Shown: positions 17,690-28,018 of the stretch, one piece after another
Layout: every line of letters begins with the position of its first letter
How positions within the stretch are numbered: position 1 is the stretch's first letter
Source: Candidatus Woesearchaeota archaeon
GTDB taxonomy: Archaea > Nanobdellota > Nanobdellia > Woesearchaeales > GW2011-AR15
Direction: 5' to 3'
NCBI GenBank assembly: GCA_038874655.1
Contig: JAVZBY010000007.1
Coordinates: 24,822-54,997 of the forward strand
Length of the DNA: 30,176 bases
Translations under genes and position numbers: made by a program
Notes under the pieces: model-generated
The model's database searches: none
Seen by the model: only the letters and a program-made list of their open reading frames with translations
Told to the model about the DNA's origin: nothing

Positions 17690-18385
17690 TTATCCTTTTT
17701 TAATTTTTTTTTCAATTAACTGAGCTTTATTTATTTTGTATATTCCTCTATAATTAGAATATTCAATTTTATAATCTTCAATTTTTAGTTTATAATTAAA
17801 AAAAGGAGCATCTAAAACAAAAGTTTCTATTTCCCCTCCTTCTCCAGAAGGATTTATTTTATATTTTTCTTTTAAGATTATTAATTCCTTTATAGTTTTT
17901 GTATCTAATTTTCTTCCCAGCCACTTTTTATCAAAAGGATATGCAAAAACTCCTGCTATAATTACATTGAATTTATTTTTTACTAATTCTCTAAGCAATT
18001 CTATTTGATCTTTTTGCCATAAAGGATTAAAACACCATAAATCTAGTTCATCACATATTTTTTGAATTCTAATGCTTTGGTATATAGATTCTATTGCTCC
18101 TGAAACAATACCTTCAATAAAAAAAAAATCTTTTGCTTGTTTTATTGCTTCTTTTAAATCATCTAACTCTTTTTCTTTTTTGCCTTTTGTTTCTTTTATT
18201 ATTTGAGGTAAATTAACTGCTTGTGATTGCAATTTTGTTAAATCTATGTTAGGTGTATGAAACATATAGCTCTCTTGGTTTGAAGATTTAAGAGTTATTA
18301 AACATTTTACTTGGTGATATTGAATAGCCCTATATAATGCATAACAAGAATCTTTTCCACCTGAAAATAATACACCTAATCTCAT
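17690..18385 (-). CDS. dph6: diphthine--ammonia ligase family (PP-loop ATPase, Dph6/MJ0570)
   Basis: LFSGGKDS, SYMFH, GAIESIYQ, PLWQ and GEGGEIETFV. Confidence 0.88.
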   Translation of the reverse strand: MRLGVLFSGGKDSCYALYRAIQYHQVKCLITLKSSNQESYMFHTPNIDLTKLQSQAVNLPQIIKETKGKKEKELDDLKEAIKQAKDFFFIEGIVSGAIESIYQSIRIQKICDELDLWCFNPLWQKDQIELLRELVKNKFNVIIAGVFAYPFDKKWLGRKLDTKTIKELIILKEKYKINPSGEGGEIETFVLDAPFFNYKLKIEDYKIEYSNYRGIYKINKAQLIEKKIKKG

Positions 18386-18459
18386 AATTTTTTAAAATGT
18401 GGTTTTATTAAAAAATTTTATTGAAAAAATTTATTAAATTGCATTTAATCTTTAAAATA

Positions 18460-19446
18460 ATGCCTGTTTTAAAGCCATTCCCTGATAAAGATAAGATAAA
18501 GTTAAAACCTGCATTTGAAGAGAGATATAAAAAAATTTTAGGTTGCAGGTTTGATGATTACTTAAATTATAGTTTATCATTTTTAACAAGGTCTATTAGA
18601 ATAAATACATTAAAAACAACAATTGATTTTGTGAAAGATTCTTTAGAAAAACAAGGATGGATATTAACAAAAATACCATTTTGTGATGAGGGTTTTTGGG
18701 TCGAACATAGAGATGGTAGATTAGATATTGGAAATACAAAAGAGCATGTTTTAGGTTATTATTATGTGCAAGAAGCTGCTTCTATGATACCACCTATTGT
18801 TTTAGATCCAAAACCAGGAGAATTTATTTTAGATATGTGTGCTTCTCCTGGTAGTAAAACAACTCAAATAGCGCAATATATGGAAAATAAAGGAATTTTA
18901 ATTGCAAATGATTTTACAACAGATAGGATGAAACCATTAGGATTAAATGTTCAGAGAATGGGTATCTCTAATGTAATAATTACGATGATGTTTGGCCAAT
19001 GGTTTGCTAAAAAAAATTTAAAGTTTGATAGGATTTTATTAGATGCACCATGTTCTGGCACAGGAACAATAAGAAAAAGCTTGAAAACATTAACAATATG
19101 GAATCCAACTATGATTAAAAGATTGGCTGCAACACAAAAAAAACTAATTGAAACAGCTTTTAATGTATTAAAAGAAGATGGAATCCTTGTTTATTCTACT
19201 TGTTCTAATGAACCCGAGGAAAATGAAGGTGTGGTGTCTCATTTATTAGAAAAATATAAAAACGCAAAAGTTGAAGAAATAAGGATTGATAATCTAAAAA
19301 TTTCTAAACCTATTTTAGAGTTTAGTGATGATAATGATATTTTTAAATATAATCCAGAAGTAAAAAAAACAGTTAGAATTTGGCCACAAGATAATGACAC
19401 AGAAGGGTTTTTTATTGCAAAAATAAGAAAAGTAAAGATTTCTTAA
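18460..19446 (+). CDS. RsmB/Nop2/RsmF-family RNA m5C methyltransferase
   Basis: QEAASMIP, DMCASPGSKT, DAPCSGTG, YSTCS and GFFIA. ATG 18460 preferred over TTG 18421. Confidence 0.92.
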   Translation: MPVLKPFPDKDKIKLKPAFEERYKKILGCRFDDYLNYSLSFLTRSIRINTLKTTIDFVKDSLEKQGWILTKIPFCDEGFWVEHRDGRLDIGNTKEHVLGYYYVQEAASMIPPIVLDPKPGEFILDMCASPGSKTTQIAQYMENKGILIANDFTTDRMKPLGLNVQRMGISNVIITMMFGQWFAKKNLKFDRILLDAPCSGTGTIRKSLKTLTIWNPTMIKRLAATQKKLIETAFNVLKEDGILVYSTCSNEPEENEGVVSHLLEKYKNAKVEEIRIDNLKISKPILEFSDDNDIFKYNPEVKKTVRIWPQDNDTEGFFIAKIRKVKIS

Positions 19447-19548
19447 TTTAAAAATCTTAATAGATGAAAAGACTACTTTAAATTTGTATAAAAACTAGAA
19501 ATAATATCCATAATCTTTATAAAGGGATGTAATTTTCATGAATAAATT

Positions 19549-19860
19549 ATGGAACAAACTGCTAATTTACAACAAAATCAAGAGCAAATTGAACAATTAC
19601 CTAATGAATTAGAAGAATTAAAAAAAGATATGAAAAAGAATTTAATTTTTGGTAGTGATAGAGTATTAAAATTAATTAGACAAGGAAAAATAGAGAAGGT
19701 TTACTTTTCATCAAATACACCTGAAAATATTAAAAAAGACATAGAATATTATGCTAAACTTTCAAAAATAAAAACTGTTTATTTGAATTTGCCTAATGAT
19801 GAATTAGGTGTTTTTTGCAAAAAACCCTTTTCAGTAGCAGTTATAGGATTACAAAAATGA
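19549..19860 (+). CDS. rpl30e: 50S ribosomal protein L30e
   Basis: LIFGSDRVLK..., DIEYYAKLSKI and ELGVFCKKPFSVAVI. Directly upstream of nusA. Confidence 0.92.
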   Translation: MEQTANLQQNQEQIEQLPNELEELKKDMKKNLIFGSDRVLKLIRQGKIEKVYFSSNTPENIKKDIEYYAKLSKIKTVYLNLPNDELGVFCKKPFSVAVIGLQK

Positions 19861-19909
19861 AAGAATTATTTTGAGAAATATTTTTAGAGAGATACGCTAG
19901 AATTTTAGA

Positions 19910-20329
19910 ATGTCAAAAATCACTTATAATGCAGAAATTTTGAAATTAATGTCTTTGTTTGAAAAAATAACAAAGACACACATTAAAGATTGCTTTATAG
20001 ACAATAGTAATTTATTAACATTTGTTGTTAATGATTTTGAATTAGGAAAAGCAATTGGAAAACAAGCAGTCAATGTTAAAAAAATTGAGTCAATGTTAAA
20101 GAGAAAGATTAAAATATTGGGCTTTAATAATAATCCTGTTCAATTTATTAAAAATTTGATTTATCCTATAACAGATGTTGAGATTAATCAAAAGGAAAAT
20201 ATATTTTTTGTAAAGGCAAAAGATATAAAAGTTAAAGGCATATTGATTGGTAGAGAGCAATCAAATATAAAAAATTTGAATGATATTTTCCAAAAATATT
20301 TTAAAGATATGTCGATAAAAATAGTTTAG
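19910..20329 (+). CDS. nusA: archaeal KH-domain NusA
   Basis: FEKITKTHIKDC, GKAIGKQAVNVK and GILIGREQSNIK; synteny with rpl30e and rps12. Confidence 0.92.
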   Translation: MSKITYNAEILKLMSLFEKITKTHIKDCFIDNSNLLTFVVNDFELGKAIGKQAVNVKKIESMLKRKIKILGFNNNPVQFIKNLIYPITDVEINQKENIFFVKAKDIKVKGILIGREQSNIKNLNDIFQKYFKDMSIKIV

Positions 20330-20392
20330 TGTAAAAAATTCAACTAAAAATTAAAAAATAAGAATTAAACATCAAAAATAAAGGTCAAAAAA

Positions 20393-20830
20393 ATGGGTAA
20401 AAAAACAAATGGTCTAAATGCTGCAAAAGCACTTTTAAAGAGAAGAGAAACTTTTAGATGGAAAAAACCTTCTTATAAAAGAAGGGTTTTAAAATTAAAA
20501 GAAAAATCAGACCCATTAGGCGGTGTTTCACAAGCAAGTGGTATTGTCTTAGAAAAAACACAAATAGAAAGAAAGCAGCCACACTCAGGTTTAATTAAAT
20601 GTGTAAAAGTACAATTAATTAAAAATGGTAGACAAGTAACTGCATTTTTACCTGGAGATGGAGCAACAAAATTTGTAGATGAACACGATGAGGTTATGAT
20701 TGAATGTATCGGTGGTGCAAAAGGTAGATCAAAAGGAGATATCCCAGGAGTTAGATGGCAAGTTATTAAGGTTAATGATCAATCATTATCAGCTTTACTA
20801 TCTGGTAAATTAGAAAAAGCTAGAAAGTAA
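20393..20830 (+). CDS. rps12: 30S ribosomal protein uS12 (archaeal S12/S23) with divergent decoding loop
   Basis: [28 protein letters not shown] and GDIPGVRW. The PNSA motif reads PHSG. Confidence 0.96.
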   Translation: MGKKTNGLNAAKALLKRRETFRWKKPSYKRRVLKLKEKSDPLGGVSQASGIVLEKTQIERKQPHSGLIKCVKVQLIKNGRQVTAFLPGDGATKFVDEHDEVMIECIGGAKGRSKGDIPGVRWQVIKVNDQSLSALLSGKLEKARK

Positions 20831-20889
20831 AATTAAAAATAACATTATTATTTTTGTAATTAAATAAAAACATTAAAAAGGTTATTAAA

Positions 20890-21519
20890 ATGTCAGAAAA
20901 AAAATCATATGAAGATAATGGTTTTGAAGTTAAAGCATTTAATAGATGGAGCACAGAAGGAATAAAAGTAAGTGATCCTGGATTAGTCAATTATATTACT
21001 TTAAAGCCTAGAATTATGCCAAAAACAGGAGCTAGATATGGAAGTAAAAGATTCCATAAATCAAAAATATTTATTGTTGAAAGATTAATGAATAAGATGA
21101 TGGTTGCTGGCCATAAAAGTGGAAAGCATTTTATTTCCTCAGGTAGAAATACTGGAAAAGCTTTATCTGTTTATAAATTGGTTGAAGAAGCATTTATAAA
21201 AATAGAACAAAAAACAGGTAAAAATCCTGTAGAAGTTTTTGTTAAAGCATTAGAAAATGCTGCTCCAAGAGAGGAAATTATTACAATTGAGTATGGTGGA
21301 GCAAGATATCCAAAAGCTGTGGAAGTAGCACCTCAAAGAAGAATTGACCAAGCTATAAAATACATGGTTCAAGGTGTTTATCAAAAATCATTTGACAATA
21401 AAAAAAGCGCAGTTGATAATTTAGTTGATGAAATAATAAATGCTTATAATTGTTCAACTAACTCAGCTGCTATTGCTAAAAAATATGAAATGGAAAGACA
21501 GTGTGATAGTTCTAGATAA
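20890..21519 (+). CDS. rps7: 30S ribosomal protein uS7
   Basis: DPGLVNYI, IVERLMNK, NPVEVFVKALENAAPREE and AVEVAPQRRID. Confidence 0.96.
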   Translation: MSEKKSYEDNGFEVKAFNRWSTEGIKVSDPGLVNYITLKPRIMPKTGARYGSKRFHKSKIFIVERLMNKMMVAGHKSGKHFISSGRNTGKALSVYKLVEEAFIKIEQKTGKNPVEVFVKALENAAPREEIITIEYGGARYPKAVEVAPQRRIDQAIKYMVQGVYQKSFDNKKSAVDNLVDEIINAYNCSTNSAAIAKKYEMERQCDSSR

Positions 21520-21613
21520 AATTAATAAACTATCTTACATAAACTTTTATAACTATCATTTATTTTAAATTTTTAATAAGATTTTAAATTAAGAAAATAG
21601 TAAAAAAATTCTT

Positions 21614-22915
21614 TTAATATTCTAAATCTTTATATAATGGAAACTCTTTTATAAATTCTAGGACTTCTTCTTTTACTTTTTCCTTTATTTCTTTATTATC
21701 TGGATTGCTTAAAACTTTGTAATACCATTCTGCTATTTGTTTCATTTCTGATTCTTTCATACCTCTTGATGTTATTGCTGGTGTGCCAATTCTTAAACCA
21801 CATGGATCAAAAGGAGTTCCTCTATCTCCAGGAATCATGTTTTTGTTTGTATAAATATGGACTTCATCTAAAACAGAAACTGCTTTTTTGCCTCTAATTC
21901 CAAAGCTTTTTTCAACATCCATTAAAATTAAATGATTATCTGTGCCTCCAGACACTAAATAAACACCATAATCTAATAATGAATCTGCCAATACTTTTGC
22001 ATTTTTTACTATTTGTTCTGCATACTTTTTAAAATCAGGTTGTAATGCTTCTTTGAATGCAACTGCCTTTGCTGCTATAACATGATCTAAAGGACCTCCT
22101 TGCATCCCAGGAAAGACAGCACTATCTATTTTTTGTGCTAAATTTTTCTTTTTTTCTTGTAAAGTATTAGTAGTTCTATCTAATCTGTCTTCTATTTTTG
22201 ACATTATCATTGCTCCTCTTGGTCCTCTCAAGGTTTTATGTGTTGTTGTTGTCACAACATCAGCAATAGGAACAGGATTTTCATGAACACCTGTTGCACA
22301 TAAACCAGCAATATGAGCTATATCAGACATATGATAAGCATTTACTTCTTCTGCAATATCTTGAAATTCTTTAAAATCTAATTTTCTTGGATATGCTGAA
22401 AAACCTGACAATAAAATTTTTGGTTTTATTTTCAAAGCCATTTTTCTTACTTCGTCCATATCAATAAATCCTGTTTCTGGATCAACTCCATAATGATAAA
22501 ATTCATAAAATTTGCCAGAAAAATTTACACTACTGCCATGTGTTAAATGACCTCCTGCATTTAAATCCATTGCTAAAATTTTATCTTTTAATTCAGCTAA
22601 TGCAAAAAAAACTTCCATGTTTGCTTGACTACCTGCATGAGGTTGTACATTCACATGCTCAGCATTAAATAATTTTTTAGCTCTTTCAATTGCTAAATTT
22701 TCGCTTTGATCAATAAATTCATTGCCACCATAATATCTTTTTCCAGAATAACCTTCAGAGTATTTATTTGTTAATGGCGTGCCCATTGCTTCTAAAACAG
22801 CTTTTGAAACAAAATTTTCAGAAGCAATCATTTCAATTCCATTTCTTTGTCTGTTGGTTTCATTTATAATTACTTTGTAAATTTCTGGATCAACATTTTT
22901 TAAAGAATCTAGCAT
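21614..22915 (-). CDS. glyA: serine hydroxymethyltransferase
   Basis: IASENF, NKYSEGY..RYYGG, GGHLTHG, TTTTHKTLRGPRG (PLP Lys), FPGMQGGP and GLRIGTPAITSRG. SD AGGTGA. Confidence 0.97.
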   Translation of the reverse strand: MLDSLKNVDPEIYKVIINETNRQRNGIEMIASENFVSKAVLEAMGTPLTNKYSEGYSGKRYYGGNEFIDQSENLAIERAKKLFNAEHVNVQPHAGSQANMEVFFALAELKDKILAMDLNAGGHLTHGSSVNFSGKFYEFYHYGVDPETGFIDMDEVRKMALKIKPKILLSGFSAYPRKLDFKEFQDIAEEVNAYHMSDIAHIAGLCATGVHENPVPIADVVTTTTHKTLRGPRGAMIMSKIEDRLDRTTNTLQEKKKNLAQKIDSAVFPGMQGGPLDHVIAAKAVAFKEALQPDFKKYAEQIVKNAKVLADSLLDYGVYLVSGGTDNHLILMDVEKSFGIRGKKAVSVLDEVHIYTNKNMIPGDRGTPFDPCGLRIGTPAITSRGMKESEMKQIAEWYYKVLSNPDNKEIKEKVKEEVLEFIKEFPLYKDLEY

Positions 22916-23082
22916 TTAATTCACCTTTATTCAAATTTATTTACTTTTCTATTATTCAAGGAATTATTATATAATATAGTTAATATTTTTCAAATATTTG
23001 TTATTTTAAAAAAGTTTTTATAATTGAATTTATATTTATTTAAATATTGGTTTTATTTTTTATATAACAATGAGGAATTAAA

Positions 23083-23601
23083 ATGGAAGTTGATTTAAAA
23101 AGATTTATAAGAGAAATTCCAGATTTTCCAAAAAAAGGAATTCTTTTTTATGATATAACTACCTTGATAAAAGAGGGTAATGCTTATAATATATGTATAG
23201 AAAATTTATATAACTTAGTAAAAAATAAAAAATATGATAAAGTTGCTGCTATTGAAAGCAGAGGTTTTATTTTTGCTGCACCTTTAGCAATAAAATTAGG
23301 ATGTGGCTTAGCAATAATAAGAAAACCAGGAAAATTACCAAGTGAAGTTATAAGTGAAAGTTATGAATTAGAATATGGTAAAGGTGTATTAGAGATACAT
23401 AAAGATGCTATTTTACCTAATGAAAAAGTATTGCTAGTAGATGATTTGTTAGCAACTGGTGGAACTATGTTAGCAGCAACTAAATTAATTGAAAAATTGG
23501 GCGGTGAAGTTAGAGATATATTATTTGTTATAGAACTTGAATTTTTAAAAGGTAGAGAAAAATTAATAAAGTATAATATTAATTCGTTAGTTAAATATTA
23601 A
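23083..23601 (+). CDS. apt: adenine phosphoribosyltransferase
   Basis: IPDFPKKGILFYDIT, IESRGF, RKPGKLP, YELEYG and VDDLLATGGT. Confidence 0.96.
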   Translation: MEVDLKRFIREIPDFPKKGILFYDITTLIKEGNAYNICIENLYNLVKNKKYDKVAAIESRGFIFAAPLAIKLGCGLAIIRKPGKLPSEVISESYELEYGKGVLEIHKDAILPNEKVLLVDDLLATGGTMLAATKLIEKLGGEVRDILFVIELEFLKGREKLIKYNINSLVKY

Positions 23602-23632
23602 AAAAAGTTTTAAAAATAATTTCTAATATAAA

Positions 23633-24535
23633 ATGGTAGAGACAAATTTAAAAGAAACGAATAAAGAAAAAATACCTCGCTTTAATTTACATTTGAGCTC
23701 TGGCTTAAAAATAACAGATACAATAAAGAGAAAGAATATTATTTCTGTTCCTTCATTAGGATTAGGAACTTATAAAATGATAGGTGATACTTGCTATAAT
23801 GCAGTTAAAATAGCAATTTTAAATGGATATAGTTTAATTGATACAGCAGAATATTATGATAATGAAACACAAATTGGAAAAGCAATAAAAGAATTAATTG
23901 ATAACAAAATAATTACAAGAAAAAATCTTTTTATTATATCAAAAGTATGGTATGACCATTTAAGATATGATGATGTTATTGATGCATGTTTAAGTTCTTT
24001 AAAAAGATTAGGAACAGATTACATTGATCTTTACTTAATTCATTGGCCAAATAAAAATATTTCAATGGAAGAAACATTTGAAGCATTTGAAAGATTGTTT
24101 CATGAAGGAAAAATAAAGTACATAGGAGTTAGTAATTTTACAATTAGACATTTAAAAGAAGCTATGGCTATTTCGAAAGTGCCTATTTTATTTAATGAAA
24201 TCGAATTTCATCCATTTTTATATCAAAAAGAAATACTTGATTTCTGCAATAAAAATAATATAAAGATAATTGCTTATTCACCCATTGCAAGAGGTTTAGT
24301 AAATGAAAATAATTTGTTAATAGACATAGGAAAAAAATATAAAAAAACACCAGTACAAATAAGTTTGAGATGGCTTTACCAGCATGGAATTATTGCAATT
24401 CCAAAAGGTAGTAGTGAAGAACATATAAAAGAAAATATGAATATATTTGATTTTGAGATTTCAAAAGAAGATATGGAAAAAATAAATAATTTGCCTCAAA
24501 AAAGATTAGTAAACCCAGAATTTGCTGAATTTTAA
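23633..24535 (+). CDS. aldo/keto reductase
   Basis: LGLGTY, IDTAEYY, ISKVW, LYLIHWP (D-Y-K-H tetrad), IGVSNF and AYSPI. Confidence 0.94.
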   Translation: MVETNLKETNKEKIPRFNLHLSSGLKITDTIKRKNIISVPSLGLGTYKMIGDTCYNAVKIAILNGYSLIDTAEYYDNETQIGKAIKELIDNKIITRKNLFIISKVWYDHLRYDDVIDACLSSLKRLGTDYIDLYLIHWPNKNISMEETFEAFERLFHEGKIKYIGVSNFTIRHLKEAMAISKVPILFNEIEFHPFLYQKEILDFCNKNNIKIIAYSPIARGLVNENNLLIDIGKKYKKTPVQISLRWLYQHGIIAIPKGSSEEHIKENMNIFDFEISKEDMEKINNLPQKRLVNPEFAEF

Positions 24536-24590
24536 AAAATAATTTTAATTATCGGAAAACTATTTAAAGGGATGAATTTGCTTTTTTATA

Positions 24591-25571
24591 ATGATTTTAT
24601 TTGATTTAATTATTTTTTTAATAGCATGTATAATTTTATCTCAAAGTAGTACTTATTTAGTAAAATCGTTAGCGAAAATTTCATCTTATTTAAGAGTAAA
24701 TGAATTTGCAATTGGTTTTATTTTAGTTGCTGTTGCAACTTCTTTGCCAGAAACTTTTATTGGAATAGTTAGTGCATTATCTAAAACACCAGAATTTTCC
24801 ATAGGTAATGTGTTAGGGGCCAATATTATAGATATGACTTTAATTGTTGGAATAGGAGCTTTATTATCAAAGAAGATTAACATTAATAGTAAAATAATTA
24901 AAAAAGATATGTATATGATGTTTGCTATATTAGTTTTACCTGTATTTTTAATGTTTGACCACTATTTATGGCAATTTTTAGGTTTGAATGTAGAAAGAGG
25001 TATTTCTAGAATTGATGGTATTATATTATTATTTGTTTTTCTTTATTATATATTTACACTAGTTAAACAAGAAACAAAGTTTACTAAAACAATAGAATAT
25101 ACTTCAAGAAAAGATGCTATAAAAAATTTTTCTATTTTTGTTATTTCACTAACATTGTTAATAACAAGTTCTAATTTTGTTATAGATTATGCAAAGATAT
25201 TGTCCTATGAATTAAATTTAAATCCTTTATTGATTGGAATTTTTATAATTTCATTAGGAACTACTCTACCAGAATTGATGTTTACTATTAAATCAATAAA
25301 TTTAAAGCATGATGAGATGGCTATTGGTGATATTGTTGGTAGTGTAATTACAAATTCTACATTGGTTTTGGGAATGACTGCAATTATACATCCTATTATT
25401 GTTGTTCCAAGTGTTTATATAACAACAGTTATGTTTTTGATTTTTAGTGCTTTTTTGTTTTTAAATTTTTCTGAAAGTGATTCTGGAATTTCATGGAAAG
25501 AAGGATTAATATTGATATTTTTTTATATTTTGTTTATTTTTATTGAATCTTACCTTAGATCATTAATATGA
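24591..25571 (+). CDS. Na+/Ca2+ exchanger (CaCA family) antiporter
   Basis: Alpha-repeats ATSLPE...GNVLGAN and GTTLPE...GDIVGS; ~10 TM. Confidence 0.92.
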   Translation: MILFDLIIFLIACIILSQSSTYLVKSLAKISSYLRVNEFAIGFILVAVATSLPETFIGIVSALSKTPEFSIGNVLGANIIDMTLIVGIGALLSKKININSKIIKKDMYMMFAILVLPVFLMFDHYLWQFLGLNVERGISRIDGIILLFVFLYYIFTLVKQETKFTKTIEYTSRKDAIKNFSIFVISLTLLITSSNFVIDYAKILSYELNLNPLLIGIFIISLGTTLPELMFTIKSINLKHDEMAIGDIVGSVITNSTLVLGMTAIIHPIIVVPSVYITTVMFLIFSAFLFLNFSESDSGISWKEGLILIFFYILFIFIESYLRSLI

Positions 25572-25679
25572 ATTAATTCATTTAATAAGAATTGATATTT
25601 TTTGAATATTTTATTAACTATTAATTTGTTTGACTATAACTTTAAATAAATCTAACTTTTCATTTTTTTTGGTGAGAGT

Positions 25680-27308
25680 ATGGCAAAAGATGTACAACCT
25701 ATTTTTATTCTTCCAGAAGGTACAAAAAGAAATACAGGAAAACCTGCACAACAAAATAATATATTGGCAGCAAAATTAGTAGCAGAAACAGTTAGAACAA
25801 CATTAGGCCCAAAAGGTATGGATAAAATGTTAGTAGATAGTTTTGGCGATATCGTTGTTACAAATGATGGCGTTACTATATTAAAAGAAATGCATATTGA
25901 GCATCCTGCTGCAAAGATGATGGTTGAAATTGCTAAAACACAAGAAGAAGAAGTAGGAGATGGCACTACAACTAGTGTTGTTTTAGCTGGTGAACTTTTA
26001 AAAAAAGCAGAAGATCTTTTAGAAAAAGAAATTCATCCTACTGTTATAATTAAAGGTTATAGACTAGCATCTGAAAAAGCAATTCAAATATTAAATGAAA
26101 TTGCTTTAGAAATAAAGGAGAATGATGATGCAATACTTGAAAAAATTGCACAAACAGCAATGACTGGAAAAGGAACTGAATCTAATAAAGATGTTTTATC
26201 AAAGATAACCGTTAAAGCAGTTAAACAAGTTATTAAAAAAGAGAATGGTGTTTTAATTGCTGATAAAGATGATATAAAAATAGAACAAAAAACAGGTAGC
26301 AATATTGAAGAAAGTGAATTAATAGAAGGTATTGTCTTAGACAAAGAAAGAGTGCATAGTGGTATGCCTAGATTTGTAAAAAATGCAAAGATTGCTTTGA
26401 TTGATTCTCCATTAGAAATTAAAAATACAGAAACAGATGCAAAAATACAGATAACAGATCCAAATCAATTACAGGCATTTTTGGATATGGAAGAAAGAAT
26501 GCTAAAAAATATGGTTGATAAAATTGTTAAATCAAAGGCTAATGTAGTATTATGCCAAAAAGGAATAGATGAATTAGCTCAGCATTTTTTAGCAAAAAAC
26601 GGAATTTATGCTGTTAGAAGGGTTAAAAAAAGTGATATGGATAAACTAGCAAAAGCAACAGGCGCAAAAATAATTACAAATCTAGATGATTTAAATGAGA
26701 ATGATTTAGGCTATGCTGAATTAGTTGAAGAAAGTAAAGTTGGGGATGAATTGATGACTTTTGTTAGAGGTTGTCCAAATGCAAAATCAGTAACAATTTT
26801 AGTAAGAGGTTCTACTGAACATGTTGCAGATGAAGCTAAAAGAGCAATTGAAGATGCTATTGGTGATTTATTTACAGCATTAAAAACTGGAAAGATTGTT
26901 ATGGGTGCAGGTTCTACTGAGATTGAGTTATCAAAAAGATTAATGAAGTATGCAGAAACCTTATCTGGAAGAGAACAATTAGCTGTAAAAGCATTTGCAG
27001 AAGCTATGGAAGTTATTCCTAGAACATTAGCAGAAAATGCTGGATTGGATCCTATTGATACTTTAGCTGAGTTAAAATCTGCTCATGAAAAGAATCAATT
27101 ATGGGCAGGCATTAATGTTTTTACAGGAAAAGTAATGGATGCATTTAAAGAAGGTGTAATTGAGCCATTAAAAGTAAAAACATTAGCAATAAGTTCTGCA
27201 ACAGAAGTAGCCACAATGATTTTAAGAATAGATGATGTGATAGCATCAGGGCCAAAAGAAGTTGAAAAACCTAAAAATACAAATCCAAGTGAAGAGTTAG
27301 ATATGTAA
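25680..27308 (+). CDS. ths: thermosome (group II chaperonin) subunit
   Basis: [38 protein letters not shown] and ILRIDD. SD GGTGAG. Confidence 0.97.
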   Translation: MAKDVQPIFILPEGTKRNTGKPAQQNNILAAKLVAETVRTTLGPKGMDKMLVDSFGDIVVTNDGVTILKEMHIEHPAAKMMVEIAKTQEEEVGDGTTTSVVLAGELLKKAEDLLEKEIHPTVIIKGYRLASEKAIQILNEIALEIKENDDAILEKIAQTAMTGKGTESNKDVLSKITVKAVKQVIKKENGVLIADKDDIKIEQKTGSNIEESELIEGIVLDKERVHSGMPRFVKNAKIALIDSPLEIKNTETDAKIQITDPNQLQAFLDMEERMLKNMVDKIVKSKANVVLCQKGIDELAQHFLAKNGIYAVRRVKKSDMDKLAKATGAKIITNLDDLNENDLGYAELVEESKVGDELMTFVRGCPNAKSVTILVRGSTEHVADEAKRAIEDAIGDLFTALKTGKIVMGAGSTEIELSKRLMKYAETLSGREQLAVKAFAEAMEVIPRTLAENAGLDPIDTLAELKSAHEKNQLWAGINVFTGKVMDAFKEGVIEPLKVKTLAISSATEVATMILRIDDVIASGPKEVEKPKNTNPSEELDM

Positions 27309-27325
27309 AATTAATTTTAAATTAA

Positions 27326-27556
27326 TTATTTTTTTGATTTTAATTTTTTTTCAATTTTTTTAATTCTTTGCAATAATGCATTTTGATTATACAATACTTT
27401 TTCCATTAGTTCAGAATGTTTATAGATAGATTGTTTTAATTCTTTAACATTAGTATTAAGTTCATATTCTAAACCATTTATTTCTATACCTAATTTAAGA
27501 ATATCTTTTTTTACATTTTCAAATGATTTTTTTATATTTTTTTCTGAGATTGACAT
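27326..27556 (-). CDS. small coiled-coil hypothetical protein (paralog of 27636-27893)
   Basis: EKNIKKSFENVKKDI and NQNALLQRIKKIEKKL align with the neighbouring gene. Confidence 0.75.
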   Translation of the reverse strand: MSISEKNIKKSFENVKKDILKLGIEINGLEYELNTNVKELKQSIYKHSELMEKVLYNQNALLQRIKKIEKKLKSKK

Positions 27557-27635
27557 TTTATTTTTATTCTATTTAAAAATTGTTAATTTCTTGATTTCTT
27601 ATTATTTTAATTATAACTATCTAATTTATAGTATC

Positions 27636-27893
27636 TTATGCAAATAATTTTATTTCTTTTTTATTGTTTTTTAAATGACTTATCTCTTTTTCCAAATCTC
27701 TTACTCTAATTAATAAATGTTTTTGGTTTTCATAAATCTGCTTTATTGTCTTATTTTGTTGTAATAATGCCTCTTTTAATTCACTAAGTTCTTTTTTTGT
27801 CATATCTATCTCTTTTTTTGTATTTAAAAAATCTTCTTTAACTTTTGAAAAAGATTTTGCAACATTATACTCAAATTGTTTTAAGTTTTCCAT
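27636..27893 (-). CDS. small coiled-coil hypothetical protein (paralog of 27326-27556)
   Basis: EYNVAKSFSKVKEDF and NQKHLLIRVRDLEKEI. SD GGTGA before ATG. Confidence 0.8.
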   Translation of the reverse strand: MENLKQFEYNVAKSFSKVKEDFLNTKKEIDMTKKELSELKEALLQQNKTIKQIYENQKHLLIRVRDLEKEISHLKNNKKEIKLFA

Positions 27894-28018
27894 TTTATCA
27901 CCAAGTAGTAAATAAAAAATAGTTGTATTTAAATTTTTCTATTTTAACTATTAAAAAGTAATAACATTTTTATTTATTATATTATTTAAATAAAATAATT
28001 TAAATAAAATAAATTAAC

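Noticed and set aside
24686-24883. 65-aa - strand ORF
   Set aside because: Shadow inside the Na+/Ca2+ antiporter gene.
25652-26344. Two - strand ORFs (104 aa and 86 aa)
   Set aside because: Shadows of the conserved thermosome gene.
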